DNA of 32,000 nucleotides from Rhodobacter capsulatus SB 1003 (GCF_000021865.1 NC_014034.1:810001-842000), one strand, 5' to 3'. Positions 1-8,778 are shown, numbered from the stretch's first letter. The notes: generated from the letters alone by a model not told the origin. Numbers and translations are program-made.

Positions 1-199
1 GCTTTTCCTGGCTGATCAGCCCGGCTTCGGCGAGGATCGTCAGATGTTTCGAAATCGCGGCAAGCGACATCTGAAACGGCGCGGCGACATCGGTCACCGC
101 CATGTCGTCTTCCAGCAGCATGGTCAGGATCGCCCGCCGCGTCGGGTCGGCGAGCGCGGCAAAGACGGCATCAAGGCGGGCGGCGGCGGAAAGGTCCAT
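1..199 (-). CDS. ArsR/SmtB-family winged-helix transcriptional regulator (first 66 codons only; the gene runs off the left edge)
   Basis: Reverse-complement translation from the ATG at 199-197 gives MDLSAAARLDAVFAALADPTRRAILTMLLEDDMAVTDVAAPFQMSLAAISKHLTILAEAGLISQEK. This carries the ADPTRRxIL ... SxHLxxLxxAGL HTH signature of ArsR/SmtB regulators. It is missing from the ORF track only because it has no stop codon inside the window. Confidence 0.7.
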   Translation of the reverse strand, partial: MDLSAAARLDAVFAALADPTRRAILTMLLEDDMAVTDVAAPFQMSLAAISKHLTILAEAGLISQEK

Positions 200-230
200 G
201 CGCCACCTTTGCGCATCCTGCGGCAAAACG

Positions 231-246
231 TCAACCGATCGGTTGA
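231..246. promoter_or_regulatory. Perfect 16-bp palindrome TCAACCGATCGGTTGA, candidate operator of the adjacent ArsR-type regulator
   Basis: Read directly from the sequence. The centre lies about 39 bp upstream of the minus-strand ATG at 199. ArsR/SmtB proteins typically autoregulate through inverted repeats in their own promoters. Confidence 0.4.
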
Positions 247-357
247 ATATGACTTTGGCCCGGCGCATGCGAAAACCCCCCGCCCGACCCGCGGCTGATT
301 GCGCAAACGAAAATGAAAACAAGGACTTGCGCGTTCGGAAAGACTCTGTCAACGGCG

Positions 358-386
358 TTGACTCATCGGGCTTGCGTCGTTACACA
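358..386 (+). promoter_or_regulatory. Candidate sigma70-type promoter of the atp F0 operon (TTGACT-N17-TACACA)
   Basis: TTGACT at 358-363, a 17-nt spacer, then TACACA at 381-386, about 26 nt upstream of the atpI ATG. The -35 element lies inside the inverted repeat GTCAAC-GGC-GTTGAC (348-362). This is a pattern match only. Confidence 0.3.
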
Positions 387-411
387 CGGCCTCAACCTGC
401 GGGGAGCATCC

Positions 412-756
412 ATGTCGGAGGAAGTTGGCGGAGAACCTGATCCCGAGCGTCTGGCGGCGCTTGAGAAACGGCTTTCGCAACTGAAGAAGACCGAGGAGGC
501 GCCCAAACGCGCAGCGGATGGCGATCTGCGCATGGCCGACATGGCCTGGCGGATGGTCATCGAACTGGTTTCGGGGCTGGGGATCGGCTTCGGCATCGGA
601 TACGGGCTGGATGCCGTCTTTGGCACGCAGCCCTTCCTGATGCTGATCTTCGTCTTCCTCGGTCTCGCGGCGGGGGTGAAGGTGATGCTTCGCTCGGCCG
701 CGGACTTGACAAAGGCACAGGCAGCTGCGGCCGCAGCTGGCAAAGAGGGGAAATAG
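412..756 (+). CDS. atpI: ATP synthase protein I (AtpI/AtpZ family small membrane protein)
   Basis: Internal ATG at 412 of track ORF 313..756, preceded by GGGGAG (401-406). Product [21 protein letters not shown]... has two hydrophobic helices ([34 protein letters not shown]). It sits immediately before atpB, the first position of the alphaproteobacterial F0 operon. Confidence 0.8.
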   Translation: MSEEVGGEPDPERLAALEKRLSQLKKTEEAPKRAADGDLRMADMAWRMVIELVSGLGIGFGIGYGLDAVFGTQPFLMLIFVFLGLAAGVKVMLRSAADLTKAQAAAAAAGKEGK

Positions 757-758
757 TC

Positions 759-1535
759 GTGGCAGAAGAAGCTGGCACCGGCCTTGTGTTCCACCCGATG
801 GAACCGTTCAAGATTCACTCGATGTTCGACGGCGAGGCGATCCGTTGGTTCGAGTTCTTCGTGCCGACGAACTCGACCCTGTGGATGGCGATCGGCGTTC
901 TGATGATCGCGCTGCTGATGGTCGTGGGCACCTTGCGCCGCGCCATCGTGCCGGGCCGCATCCAGTCGCTCGCCGAGCTGACCTACGGCTTCATCCACAA
1001 GATGGTCGAGGATGTCGCGGGCAAGGACGGGCTGGTCTACTTCCCCTATATCTTCACGCTGTTCCTGTTCATCCTGTTCTCGAACTTCCTTGGCCTGATC
1101 CCGATGGCCTTCACCCCCACCTCGCATATCGCGGTGACCGGCGTGATGGCGATGGGCGTGTTCATCGGCGTCACCGCGCTGGGCTTCATGAAGCACGGCA
1201 GCCACTTCCTGAACCTGTTCTGGGTCTCGGCCGCGCCGCTGCCGCTGCGCCCGATCCTGGCCGTGATCGAGGTGATCTCCTACTTCGTGCGTCCGGTGAG
1301 CCACTCCATCCGGCTTGCGGGCAACATGATGGCCGGCCACGCGGTGATGGAAGTCTTTGCCGCCTTCGCGCCGCTGATCCTGTTCTCCTTCGTCGGCGTG
1401 ATCGTGACCCCGCTCTCGGTGCTGGCGATCGTCGCGATGTATGCGCTCGAAATCCTCGTGGCCTTCGTGCAGGCCTATGTCTTCACCATCCTGACCTGCG
1501 TCTATCTGAAAGACGCGCTGCATCCGGGCCACTGA
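759..1535 (+). CDS. atpB: F0F1 ATP synthase subunit a
   Basis: Track ORF of 258 aa with a GTG start 2 nt after the atpI stop. It is a polytopic membrane protein containing the conserved subunit-a segment [14 protein letters not shown] (the stator Arg region). Confidence 0.95.
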   Translation: MAEEAGTGLVFHPMEPFKIHSMFDGEAIRWFEFFVPTNSTLWMAIGVLMIALLMVVGTLRRAIVPGRIQSLAELTYGFIHKMVEDVAGKDGLVYFPYIFTLFLFILFSNFLGLIPMAFTPTSHIAVTGVMAMGVFIGVTALGFMKHGSHFLNLFWVSAAPLPLRPILAVIEVISYFVRPVSHSIRLAGNMMAGHAVMEVFAAFAPLILFSFVGVIVTPLSVLAIVAMYALEILVAFVQAYVFTILTCVYLKDALHPGH

Positions 1536-1605
1536 GGCCCGGACCGCAGACAGGTCCCCGTCACAACCTCAATTCAGCCAATTCCAACCTCAAGGAGTGT
1601 CCATC

Positions 1606-1842
1606 ATGGAAGGCGATATCGTTCAAATGGGTGCCTACATCGGTGCTGGTCTTGCGTGCACCGGCATGGGCGGCGCCGCCGTCGGTGTGGGCCACGTCGT
1701 CGGCAACTTCATCTCGGGCGCGCTGCGCAACCCCTCGGCGGCCGCTTCGCAAACCGCCACCATGTTCATCGGTATCGCGTTCGCCGAAGCGCTGGGGATC
1801 TTCTCGTTCCTCGTCGCGCTTCTGCTGATGTTCGCCGTCTGA
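1606..1842 (+). CDS. atpE: F0F1 ATP synthase subunit c
   Basis: ATG at 1606 lies 8 nt after AAGGAG (1592-1597). The product [78 protein letters not shown] is a typical c-subunit hairpin, with a GxGxGxG helix, an RNP loop and the carboxylate Glu in AFAEALG. The track start at 1597 overlaps the RBS and was rejected. Confidence 0.95.
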   Translation: MEGDIVQMGAYIGAGLACTGMGGAAVGVGHVVGNFISGALRNPSAAASQTATMFIGIAFAEALGIFSFLVALLLMFAV

Positions 1843-1865
1843 TCCCTGCTGAGCAACCTTGCGGT

Positions 1866-1889
1866 CGGGTGGGTGTTCGCACCCACCCG
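1866..1889 (+). other. Intercistronic GC-rich stem-loop between atpE and atpX (CGGGTGGGTG-TTCG-CACCCACCCG)
   Basis: A 10-bp perfect stem with a TTCG tetraloop, read directly. No U-tract follows, so it looks more like an mRNA stability or processing element, or a partial attenuator, than a full terminator. Confidence 0.45.
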
Positions 1890-1915
1890 GTAACTGAAGG
1901 GTCCAGGGGGACGAC

Positions 1916-2476
1916 ATGGCAAACGAAACAAACGCGGTCGAGGCCGCTGCTGCTGTCGCCGGACACGCTGCCGAGGCTGCGGAAAAGGGCGGGATGCCGC
2001 AGCTCGACTTCTCGACCTTCCCGAACCAGATCTTCTGGCTGCTGTTGGCTCTGGGCGCCATCTACTGGCTGCTCAAGAACATCGCCATTCCGCGCATCGC
2101 GGCGATTCTGGCCGATCGTGCCGGGACCATCTCGGGCGATCTTGCGGCGGCGGAACAGTACAAGCTGAAGGCCAAGGACGCGGAAGCGGCCTATGCCAAG
2201 GCGCTGGCCGATGCCCGCGCGCAGGCGCAAAAGATCATCGCCGAGACCCGTGCGGTGATTCAAAAGGACCTCGATGCCGCCACGGCGAAAGCCGATGCGG
2301 ATATCGCGGCCCGCGTCGCGCAATCCGAGGTGAAGATCGCCGAGATCCGCGCCGGGGCGCTGGAGGCGGTGCAGATCGTCGCCACCGACACGGCCACGGC
2401 CATCGTCACGGCGCTGGGCGGCAAGGCCGACATGGGCGCGCTGAACGCGGCCGTGGGGCAGCGGGTGAAGGGGTAA
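1916..2476 (+). CDS. atpX: F0F1 ATP synthase subunit b-prime
   Basis: Track ORF of 186 aa with a single N-terminal TM helix ([15 protein letters not shown]) followed by a long Ala/Lys/Glu-rich helix. The position after atpE and before atpF matches the atpIBEXF organisation known for purple non-sulfur bacteria. Confidence 0.9.
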
Positions 2477-2480
2477 GGCG

Positions 2481-3038
2481 ATGAAGAAACTGACGTTCCT
2501 GCTTGTTGCTCTGGCGGCGAACCCGGCTTTCGCATCCGAAGGCCCGTTCGTCTCGCTGCGCAACGCGCATTTCGTGATCCTCGTCGCGTTCCTGATCTTT
2601 GTCGGCGTGCTGATCAAGTTCAAGGTTCCCTCGATGTTGCTGGGCATGCTCGACAAGCGTGCCGAGGGCATCAAGGCGGATCTGGACGAGGCCAAGGCGC
2701 TGCGCGACGAAGCGCAGAAGATCCTGGCGAGCTACGAGCGCAAGGCGCGCGAAGTGCAGGGTCAGGCCGACGAGATCGTCGCCGCGGCCAAGCGCGATGC
2801 GCAACTGGCGGCCGAGCAGGCCAAGGCCGACCTGAAGGAGGCCATCGCGCGCCGCCTGAAGGGCGCCGAAGACCGGATCGCCTCGGCGGAAGCCGCTGCG
2901 CTGAAGGACGTCAAGGATCGGGCCGTGCAGGTGGCGGTTGCCGCCGCGGCCGAGGTTCTGGCGAACCAGATGTCGGCCTCCGACAAGTCGGGCATGATCG
3001 ACGCGGCCATCACGGAAGTGGAAACCCGGCTGAACTGA
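2481..3038 (+). CDS. atpF: F0F1 ATP synthase subunit b
   Basis: Track ORF of 185 aa with an N-terminal hydrophobic region, the TM helix [16 protein letters not shown] and a long charged coiled-coil typical of the b subunit. It is the last gene of the F0 operon. Confidence 0.9.
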
Positions 3039-3059
3039 GCCGCGTTCCAGACCAGATCG

Positions 3060-3092
3060 AAAACCCGGCCTTGCGGCCGGGTTTTTGCTTTT
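3060..3092 (+). terminator. Rho-independent terminator of the atp F0 operon
   Basis: AAAACCCGGCC-TTGC-GGCCGGGTTTT followed by TGCTTTT, 22 nt after the atpF stop. Confidence 0.8.
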
Positions 3093-3111
3093 GGCCGTGT
3101 TGCAACGGGGC

Positions 3112-3149
3112 AGGGCAAAAGAAAACGCGCGCCCGAAGGCGCGCGTTTC
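3112..3149 (-). terminator. Rho-independent terminator of phaZ (minus strand)
   Basis: On the minus strand: GAAACGCGCGCC-TTCG-GGCGCGCGTTTTC followed by TTTTGCC, about 22 nt downstream of the phaZ stop at 3171. Confidence 0.65.
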
Positions 3150-3170
3150 GCATTGAACGGGGCAGATTGC

Positions 3171-4445
3171 TCAGACCGCGCGGATCGCGGTCACGGTCGC
3201 TTTCGGCGTTCCCGCATTGGCGTCGATGAAATTCAGCACCAGCGGCCGGATGTTGTTGCGCCAGGACGAGCCCGCGAAGATGCCGTAATGGCCCGCGCCC
3301 GGCTCCAGATGCTGCGCCTTCTTGTCCTCGGGCAGGCCGGTGCACAGCCGCAGCGCCGCCACGCATTGTCCGGGGGCGGAAATGTCGTCATTCGCGCCCT
3401 CGACCGTCTTCACCGCGACGCGGGTGATCTTGCCGATGTCGACGCGCTTGCCCTCGACCTCGAAGCGGTTCTGCGCGATTTCCAGCCCCTTGAAGATCCG
3501 TTCCACCGTGGACAGATAGAATTCCGCGGTCATGTCCATCACCGCCAGATATTCATCGTAGAAGATGTTGTGATGGTCGTGTTCCGAGCCTTCGCCCTTC
3601 GATTCCATCAGGATCTTGTCGGAAAAGGCCTTGGTGTGCTTGTCCATGTTCATCGAGATGAACGAGGCCAGCTGCATCAGCCCCGGATAGACCAGCCGCC
3701 CGGCGCCCTTGTATTTGAAGCCGACGCGCTGGATCACCATGTGTTCGAGCTGCCCCATGGTGACGCGGCGGCCGAAATCGGTCACCTCGGTCGCGGCGGC
3801 ATCGGGGTCGATCGGCCCGCCGATCAGCGTCAGCGTGCGCGGCTGCGCCTCGGGTTCTTCCTCGGCCAGATAGGCGGTGGCGGCCAGCGTCAGCGGCGCG
3901 GGCTGACAGACCGCGATCACGTTGATGTCGGGGCCAAGCAGGCGCATGAATTCGACGAGGTAAAGCGTGTAATCCTCGATGTCGAACTTGCCCGCGCTGA
4001 CCGGAATGTCCCGCGCATTGTGCCAATCCGTCACGTAAACATCGGCATCGGGCAGAAGACTGGCGACGGTGGAGCGCAGAAGCGTCGCGTAATGGCCCGA
4101 CATCGGCGCAACCAGAAGGATGCGTCGCGGCATCGGCGCCCGGCCCTGAACCTTGAAGTGGATGAGCGCGCCGAAGGGCTTGTCGATCAGCGTCTCGATC
4201 TCGATCAGGTGGTCCTTGCCATCGGCGGCGGGGATCGAGCGGATGCCCCAGTCGGGCTTGATCACCATGCGCGCGAAGCTGCGTTCGGTCACCCGGCCCC
4301 AGGCCGACATCAGCTTGAACATCGGATGGGGCGTCAGCCCCCAGACCGGATAGGAGGCCATGGCACGGGCCGAGGCGCCCATCCATTCATTGGTGTTCCT
4401 GATGGTTTCCATCAGGTCGTAGCTCATCATGCCCTTCATCGGCAC
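3171..4445 (-). CDS. phaZ: Intracellular polyhydroxyalkanoate (PHB) depolymerase
   Basis: Track ORF of 424 aa (MPMKGMMSYDLMETIRNTNEWMGASARA...LVAPMSGHYATLLR...DWHNARD...). This matches the intracellular PhaZ family. It is divergent from phaC, as in Rhodobacter pha clusters. Confidence 0.9.
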   Translation of the reverse strand: MPMKGMMSYDLMETIRNTNEWMGASARAMASYPVWGLTPHPMFKLMSAWGRVTERSFARMVIKPDWGIRSIPAADGKDHLIEIETLIDKPFGALIHFKVQGRAPMPRRILLVAPMSGHYATLLRSTVASLLPDADVYVTDWHNARDIPVSAGKFDIEDYTLYLVEFMRLLGPDINVIAVCQPAPLTLAATAYLAEEEPEAQPRTLTLIGGPIDPDAAATEVTDFGRRVTMGQLEHMVIQRVGFKYKGAGRLVYPGLMQLASFISMNMDKHTKAFSDKILMESKGEGSEHDHHNIFYDEYLAVMDMTAEFYLSTVERIFKGLEIAQNRFEVEGKRVDIGKITRVAVKTVEGANDDISAPGQCVAALRLCTGLPEDKKAQHLEPGAGHYGIFAGSSWRNNIRPLVLNFIDANAGTPKATVTAIRAV

Positions 4446-4530
4446 TCCCCAAGAAACCGCACAATCGTCGCTTGTTCCCGTGCAAGCGGACGTTATGTTT
4501 CAGGATAAAGGATAGGGAGGAAATTTCGTT

Positions 4531-6324
4531 ATGACAACGCCTGAAAAGGTCGAATCTGCTGCATCGCAGCAAATGCGGGACAATCTGGCGCGGATTGAGA
4601 CACTTACACAACGCATGGTTGAAGCCTTTGCGCAAAAGCGCGCGCCCAATCCTGCGCTGGAGGGGCCGGGGCTGGATCTTTACGTCGCCTCTTCGAGCGC
4701 GCTTTTGCGCGAGATGACGGCGAATCCGGCGAAGATCTTCGAGGCGCAGGTCAGCTATTGGGCGCAGGCGATGACGCATTACATCGACGCCACCCATGCC
4801 TTTGCTCAGGGCACCTTCAAGCCGCCCGCCGATCCGGGGCCGAAGGACCGCCGCTTTTCCAACCCGCTGTGGGACAGCCATCCCTATTTCAACTTCATCA
4901 AGCAGCAATATCTGATCGCCTCGAGCTCGATCGAGGAAGCGCTGTCGAAGATCGAGGGGCTGGACCCGGTCGATCGCCGCCGGCTGGAGATGTTTTCCAA
5001 GCAGATCATCGACATGATGGCGCCGACGAATTTTCTGGCGACGAACCCGGATGCGCTGGAAAAGGCGGTGGCGACCGAGGGCGAAAGCCTGGTGCGGGGG
5101 CTGGAAAACCTCGTGCGCGACATCGAGGCGAACCGCGGCGATCTGGTGATCACGCTTTCGGACAAGAACGCCTTCAGCGTCGGGCACAACATCGGCACGG
5201 CGAAAGGCCAGGTGGTCTGGCGCAACCGGCTGATGGAGATCATCCAGTACGAGCCCACCACCCCCGAGGTGCACAAGACCCCGCTGATCATCTTTCCGCC
5301 CTGGATCAACAAGTTCTACATCCTGGATCTGAAACCGCAAAACAGCCTGATCCGCTGGATCGTCGATCAGGGCTTCACGCTGTTCGTCGTCAGCTGGAAG
5401 AACCCGGACCGGTCCTATGCCGATGTGGGGATGGAGGATTACGTCCGCGACGGCTATCTGGCCGCGATCGAGGAGGTGAAGGCGATCACCGGCGAGAAAC
5501 AGGTGAATGCGGTCGGCTATTGCATCGCGGGCACGACGCTGAGCCTGGTCCTGTCGCTCTTGGAAAAGCGCAAGGACAAGTCGATCAAATCGGCGACCTT
5601 TTTCACCACGCTGACCGACTTTTCCGATCAGGGCGAATTCACCCCCTTCCTGCAGGATGATTTCGTCGACGGGATCGAGCGGCAGGTGCGGCTGGATGGC
5701 GTTCTGTCGAGCTATTACATGACGCGGACCTTTTCCTATCTGCGGGCGAATGACCTGATCTATCAGCCCGCGATCCGCAGCTACATGATGGGCGAATCGC
5801 CGCCCGCCTTCGACTTGCTTTACTGGAACGGCGACAGCACCAACCTGCCGGGCAAGATGGCGATGGAATATCTGCGCGGGCTCTGTCAGGCCGATGCCTT
5901 CACCACCGAGGGCTTCGAGCTGATGGGCGAGCGGCTGCATGTCTCGGGGGTCAAGGTGCCGCTCTGCGCCATCGCCTGCGAGACCGACCATATCGCGCCC
6001 TGGATCGTCAGCTTCAACGGCGTGGCGCAGATGGGATCGACCGACAAGACCTTCATCCTGACGGAATCGGGCCATATCGCCGGGATCGTGAACCCGCCGA
6101 GCAAGGACAAATACGGCCATTACACCTCTGCGGCGCCGATTGCCGATCATCAGGTCTGGAAGGCGCAGGCCACCTACACGAAGGGCAGCTGGTGGCCGCG
6201 CTGGGGGGAATGGCTGGCCGGGCATTCGGGCAAGAAGATCCCCGCGCGGGCCCCGGGCGACGCGACGCATCCGCCGCTGGCCCCGGCCCCCGGCACCTAT
6301 GTCTCGGAGGTTGTGGTGCTTTAG
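4531..6324 (+). CDS. phaC: Class I poly(R)-hydroxyalkanoate synthase
   Basis: Track ORF of 597 aa with RBS GGGAGG upstream. It has the lipase-box-like GYCIAGT with the catalytic Cys, and conserved PPWINKFYILDL and WNGDSTN segments typical of PhaC. Confidence 0.95.
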   Translation: MTTPEKVESAASQQMRDNLARIETLTQRMVEAFAQKRAPNPALEGPGLDLYVASSSALLREMTANPAKIFEAQVSYWAQAMTHYIDATHAFAQGTFKPPADPGPKDRRFSNPLWDSHPYFNFIKQQYLIASSSIEEALSKIEGLDPVDRRRLEMFSKQIIDMMAPTNFLATNPDALEKAVATEGESLVRGLENLVRDIEANRGDLVITLSDKNAFSVGHNIGTAKGQVVWRNRLMEIIQYEPTTPEVHKTPLIIFPPWINKFYILDLKPQNSLIRWIVDQGFTLFVVSWKNPDRSYADVGMEDYVRDGYLAAIEEVKAITGEKQVNAVGYCIAGTTLSLVLSLLEKRKDKSIKSATFFTTLTDFSDQGEFTPFLQDDFVDGIERQVRLDGVLSSYYMTRTFSYLRANDLIYQPAIRSYMMGESPPAFDLLYWNGDSTNLPGKMAMEYLRGLCQADAFTTEGFELMGERLHVSGVKVPLCAIACETDHIAPWIVSFNGVAQMGSTDKTFILTESGHIAGIVNPPSKDKYGHYTSAAPIADHQVWKAQATYTKGSWWPRWGEWLAGHSGKKIPARAPGDATHPPLAPAPGTYVSEVVVL

Positions 6325-6340
6325 CTCCGGCGCGGCGGAG

Positions 6341-6363
6341 AGGGGGCTTCGGCCCCCTTTTTC
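6341..6363 (+). terminator. Rho-independent terminator after phaC
   Basis: AGGGGGC-TTCG-GCCCCCT followed by TTTTT, 17 nt after the phaC stop. Confidence 0.7.
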
Positions 6364-6409
6364 AAGCCGATTCTCCATGACGCAGATCAACCTGAACGCG
6401 AATTATGCG

Positions 6410-6459
6410 CTGCGACGCAGAAAATTTCCCTTGCAATGCTGCACTGCAGCATTTATATC
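6410..6459 (+). promoter_or_regulatory. phaP promoter region with two CTGC-N3-GCAG palindromes (candidate PhaR operators)
   Basis: CTGCGACGCAG lies at 6410-6420 and CTGCACTGCAG at 6439-6449. The second is the core of a perfect 9-1-9 inverted repeat AATGCTGCA-C-TGCAGCATT (6435-6453). That repeat fills the 17-nt spacer between TTGCAA (6431-6436) and TATATC (6454-6459). Confidence 0.55.
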
Positions 6460-6516
6460 TGAGTCAAGCGAACGGGCCCCGCCGCCTCGATGGGCCCTCT
6501 GACCGGAGCGACTGAA

Positions 6517-6963
6517 ATGGCCAAGACCCAGGATTTCACCAAGATGATGCAGGACATGATGGCCTCGGTGCCGATGGACATGTCGAAGATGCAGGATGCG
6601 TTCAAGGCGCAGACCGTGCTGACCGAAAAGATGGCCAAGGTCGCCATCGACGCGGCGGAAAAATCGACCGACATCTCGGCGAAATGGGCCAAGGACTCGC
6701 TGGCGAAAGTCGGCGCGCTGACCGCGTCGAAAGCCGAACCGGCCGATTACGCCAAGGTCATGAGCGACTTCGCCTCGGCCTCGGTCGAGATGGCGACCGA
6801 AAACCTCGCCGCCTTTGCCGAAGTGGCGAAGAAGGTGCAGATGGACACGGTCGAGCTGATGCTGGCCGCGGGCAAGGAAATGACCGAGGAAACCACCGCC
6901 GCCGTCAAGAAGGCGACCGAGGAAGTCACCGCCGCGGCGAAAAAGACCGTCGCCGCGAAGTGA
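6517..6963 (+). CDS. phaP: Phasin (PHA granule-associated protein)
   Basis: ATG at 6517 is preceded by CCGGAG (6503-6508). The product MAKTQDFTKMMQDMMASVPMDMSKMQDAFKAQTVLTEKMAKVAIDAAEKS... is Ala/Lys/Glu-rich and helical, which is phasin-like. The gene lies between phaC and phaR. Confidence 0.85.
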   Translation: MAKTQDFTKMMQDMMASVPMDMSKMQDAFKAQTVLTEKMAKVAIDAAEKSTDISAKWAKDSLAKVGALTASKAEPADYAKVMSDFASASVEMATENLAAFAEVAKKVQMDTVELMLAAGKEMTEETTAAVKKATEEVTAAAKKTVAAK

Positions 6964-7005
6964 ACCGGATCGGCCCGGTTTCCTCCTCCCTGCCGGGTTG
7001 ACCAT

Positions 7006-7036
7006 GGGCGCACTTCGGTGCGCCCTTTTCTTTTGT
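7006..7036 (+). terminator. Rho-independent terminator after phaP
   Basis: GGGCGCAC-TTCG-GTGCGCCC followed by TTTTCTTTTGT. Confidence 0.8.
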
Positions 7037-7099
7037 TGCTTTTGCCGCGGCGCAGCCTAAACATTGCTGCAGCGCCAAAAAACCACGGGAGGAGAGACC

Positions 7100-7642
7100 A
7101 TGGCCGAAGAGGCGAAGCCCTTGCTGATCAAGCGCTATGCGAGCCGGCGGCTTTATAACACCGAGACGAGCGATTATGTCACGCTCGAGGATATCGCCTC
7201 CTTCATCCGGCAGGGGCGCGAGGTGCAGATCGTCGACCTGAAATCGGGCGACGACCTGACGCGGCAATATCTGCTGCAGATCATCGCCGAACATGAAAGC
7301 CGGGGCGAAAACGTGCTGCCGGTGGATGTGCTGACCGATCTGGTGCGCAGCTACACGACGCAGGCGCAATCGGTGGTGCCGCAATTCCTGGCCGCGAGCT
7401 TCGAGATGCTGCGCGAGGGCCAGTCGAAGATGATGGAGAATTTCGCCACCTTCCCGCCGGTGCCCGGCTTCGAGGCGCTGCAGCGCCAGCAGGAGGCCTT
7501 CCTGAAGACGTTGATGTCGGGCTGGGGCGCGGCGGTCGGCACCGCGCCCGAGGCGGGCGGCGAGGGCGCGGGCGGGCGCGAGGAGCTTGACGCGATCAAG
7601 AAGCAGCTTGCCGAATTGCAGTCGAAACTGTCGAAACTGTAA
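7100..7642 (+). CDS. phaR: Polyhydroxyalkanoate synthesis repressor PhaR
   Basis: ATG at 7100 follows GGGAGGAG (7087-7094). The N-terminus MAEEAKPLLIKRYASRRLYNTETSDYVTLEDIASFIRQGREVQIVDLKSGDDLTRQYLLQII is the conserved PhaR DNA-binding domain. Confidence 0.9.
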   Translation: MAEEAKPLLIKRYASRRLYNTETSDYVTLEDIASFIRQGREVQIVDLKSGDDLTRQYLLQIIAEHESRGENVLPVDVLTDLVRSYTTQAQSVVPQFLAASFEMLREGQSKMMENFATFPPVPGFEALQRQQEAFLKTLMSGWGAAVGTAPEAGGEGAGGREELDAIKKQLAELQSKLSKL

Positions 7643-7647
7643 GCAGG

Positions 7648-7741
7648 CCGGGGGGCGCTGCCCCCCGGACCCCCCGCTCGGGGGCATGCCCCCGAGACCC
7701 CCGGCCCGAAGCTCTGGCCGTATTTCCTGAAACCGAGGGGG
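7648..7741 (+). repeat. REP-like intergenic element, copy A (divergent), directly 3-prime of phaR
   Basis: Hairpin CCGGGGGGC-GCT-GCCCCCCGG (7648-7668), a second hairpin CTCGGGGG-CATG-CCCCCGAG, then a GTATTTCCTGAAACCGAGGGGG tail. It has the same modular layout as copies B, C and D. Confidence 0.5.
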
Positions 7742-7801
7742 CCTTGGCCCGGGCGTGCCAAGGCAGGCTTCGGAGCGGCAGTCCGGCCCCGACAGGGAGC
7801 G

Positions 7802-8749
7802 ATGATGACGGGCAAGGCAAAAGGGCGGGGCGAGAAGGTCAGCCTCTGGGCGGTCGAGATGCTGGTGGCGACGGCCGAAGAGGGGGCGATCACCGCGGCG
7901 GCGCGGCGGCTGGGGGTCTCGGCCTCGGCGGTCAGTCAGCAGATCGTGGCGCTGGAAGCCGCGCTGGGGGCGGAGCTGGTCGACCGCACGGCGCGGCCCT
8001 TCGGGCTGACGGCGGCGGGGCGGGCCTTTCTGCCCCATGCCGAGGCGATGCTGGACGAGCTGGCGCGGGGCCGGGCCGGGGTGGGCCTGGCCGATCCTGC
8101 GGGCTTGCGCAGTTTCCGGCTGGGCATGATCGAGGATTTCGAGGCCGAGGTGACGCCGCTTTTGCTGGCGGGGATGGGGGCGGAACTGACCGCCTGCCGG
8201 TTCCTGCTCGAGACCGGGCCGAGCCATCGTCTGGCGGCGCAGCTGGAGGCGCGGGCACTGGACATGGTGGTGGCGGCCGAGATCGAGGCGGCGCAGGAGG
8301 GGGTGGAGCGGCATCCGCTGCTCTCGGAACCGCTGATCGCGGTCTGGCCGGAGGGTCTGGTGGGGGCCGATCTGCCGCTTTTGCATTATTCGCGCCGCAC
8401 GCTGATGGGGCAGCAGATCGCCGCCTATCTGGGCCGGATCGGCGAGAGCCCCGGGCATCGCTTCGAGATCGACAGCACCCCGGCGATCCTGGCGATGGTG
8501 GCGGCGGGGCAGGGCTGGTCGATCCTGACGCCGTCCGGGGTTTTGCATGGCAAGCGGGCGGGGGTGGCGCTGGCGCCGCTGCGGGGGCCGGGGATGAGCC
8601 GCCGCATCGTGCTGAGCGCGCGGGCGAGCACGATGGGGGATCTGCCCGGCGCGGTGGCGCAGCGGCTGCGCGGCCTTCTTGCCGAGCGGATCGTGGCGCC
8701 GGCTCTGGCCGAGGCGCCCTGGCTCGCGGCATCGCTGCGCGTCGAATGA
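7802..8749 (+). CDS. LysR-family transcriptional regulator
   Basis: Track ORF of 315 aa. The N-terminal HTH (LVATAEEGAITAAARRLGVSASAVSQQIVALEAALGAELVDRTARPFGLTAAGRAF) is the LysR signature, and it has a C-terminal substrate-binding-type domain. ATG 7802 and ATG 7805 are both possible starts. Confidence 0.85.
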   Translation: MMTGKAKGRGEKVSLWAVEMLVATAEEGAITAAARRLGVSASAVSQQIVALEAALGAELVDRTARPFGLTAAGRAFLPHAEAMLDELARGRAGVGLADPAGLRSFRLGMIEDFEAEVTPLLLAGMGAELTACRFLLETGPSHRLAAQLEARALDMVVAAEIEAAQEGVERHPLLSEPLIAVWPEGLVGADLPLLHYSRRTLMGQQIAAYLGRIGESPGHRFEIDSTPAILAMVAAGQGWSILTPSGVLHGKRAGVALAPLRGPGMSRRIVLSARASTMGDLPGAVAQRLRGLLAERIVAPALAEAPWLAASLRVE

Positions 8750-8778
8750 GTGCGCCCGCCTGCGCGGTCGCCCCGAAA

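Noticed and set aside
363-1532. Long antisense or alternative-frame ORFs throughout the window. Examples: 363..1532 -, 3153..4508 +, 4387..6390 -, 6926..8815 -, 9114..11585 +, 12955..14214 -, 13146..15467 +, 16246..17352 -, 18122..19207 -, 21487..23466 +, 23980..25800 -, 26284..27795 -, 28643..30328 -, 30135..31796 -.
   Set aside because: Their translations are Arg/Gly/Pro/His/Asp-rich with no recognisable domains. Each lies opposite or out of frame to a gene with clear family motifs. This is the classic stop-codon-poor shadow-ORF pattern of GC-rich genomes.
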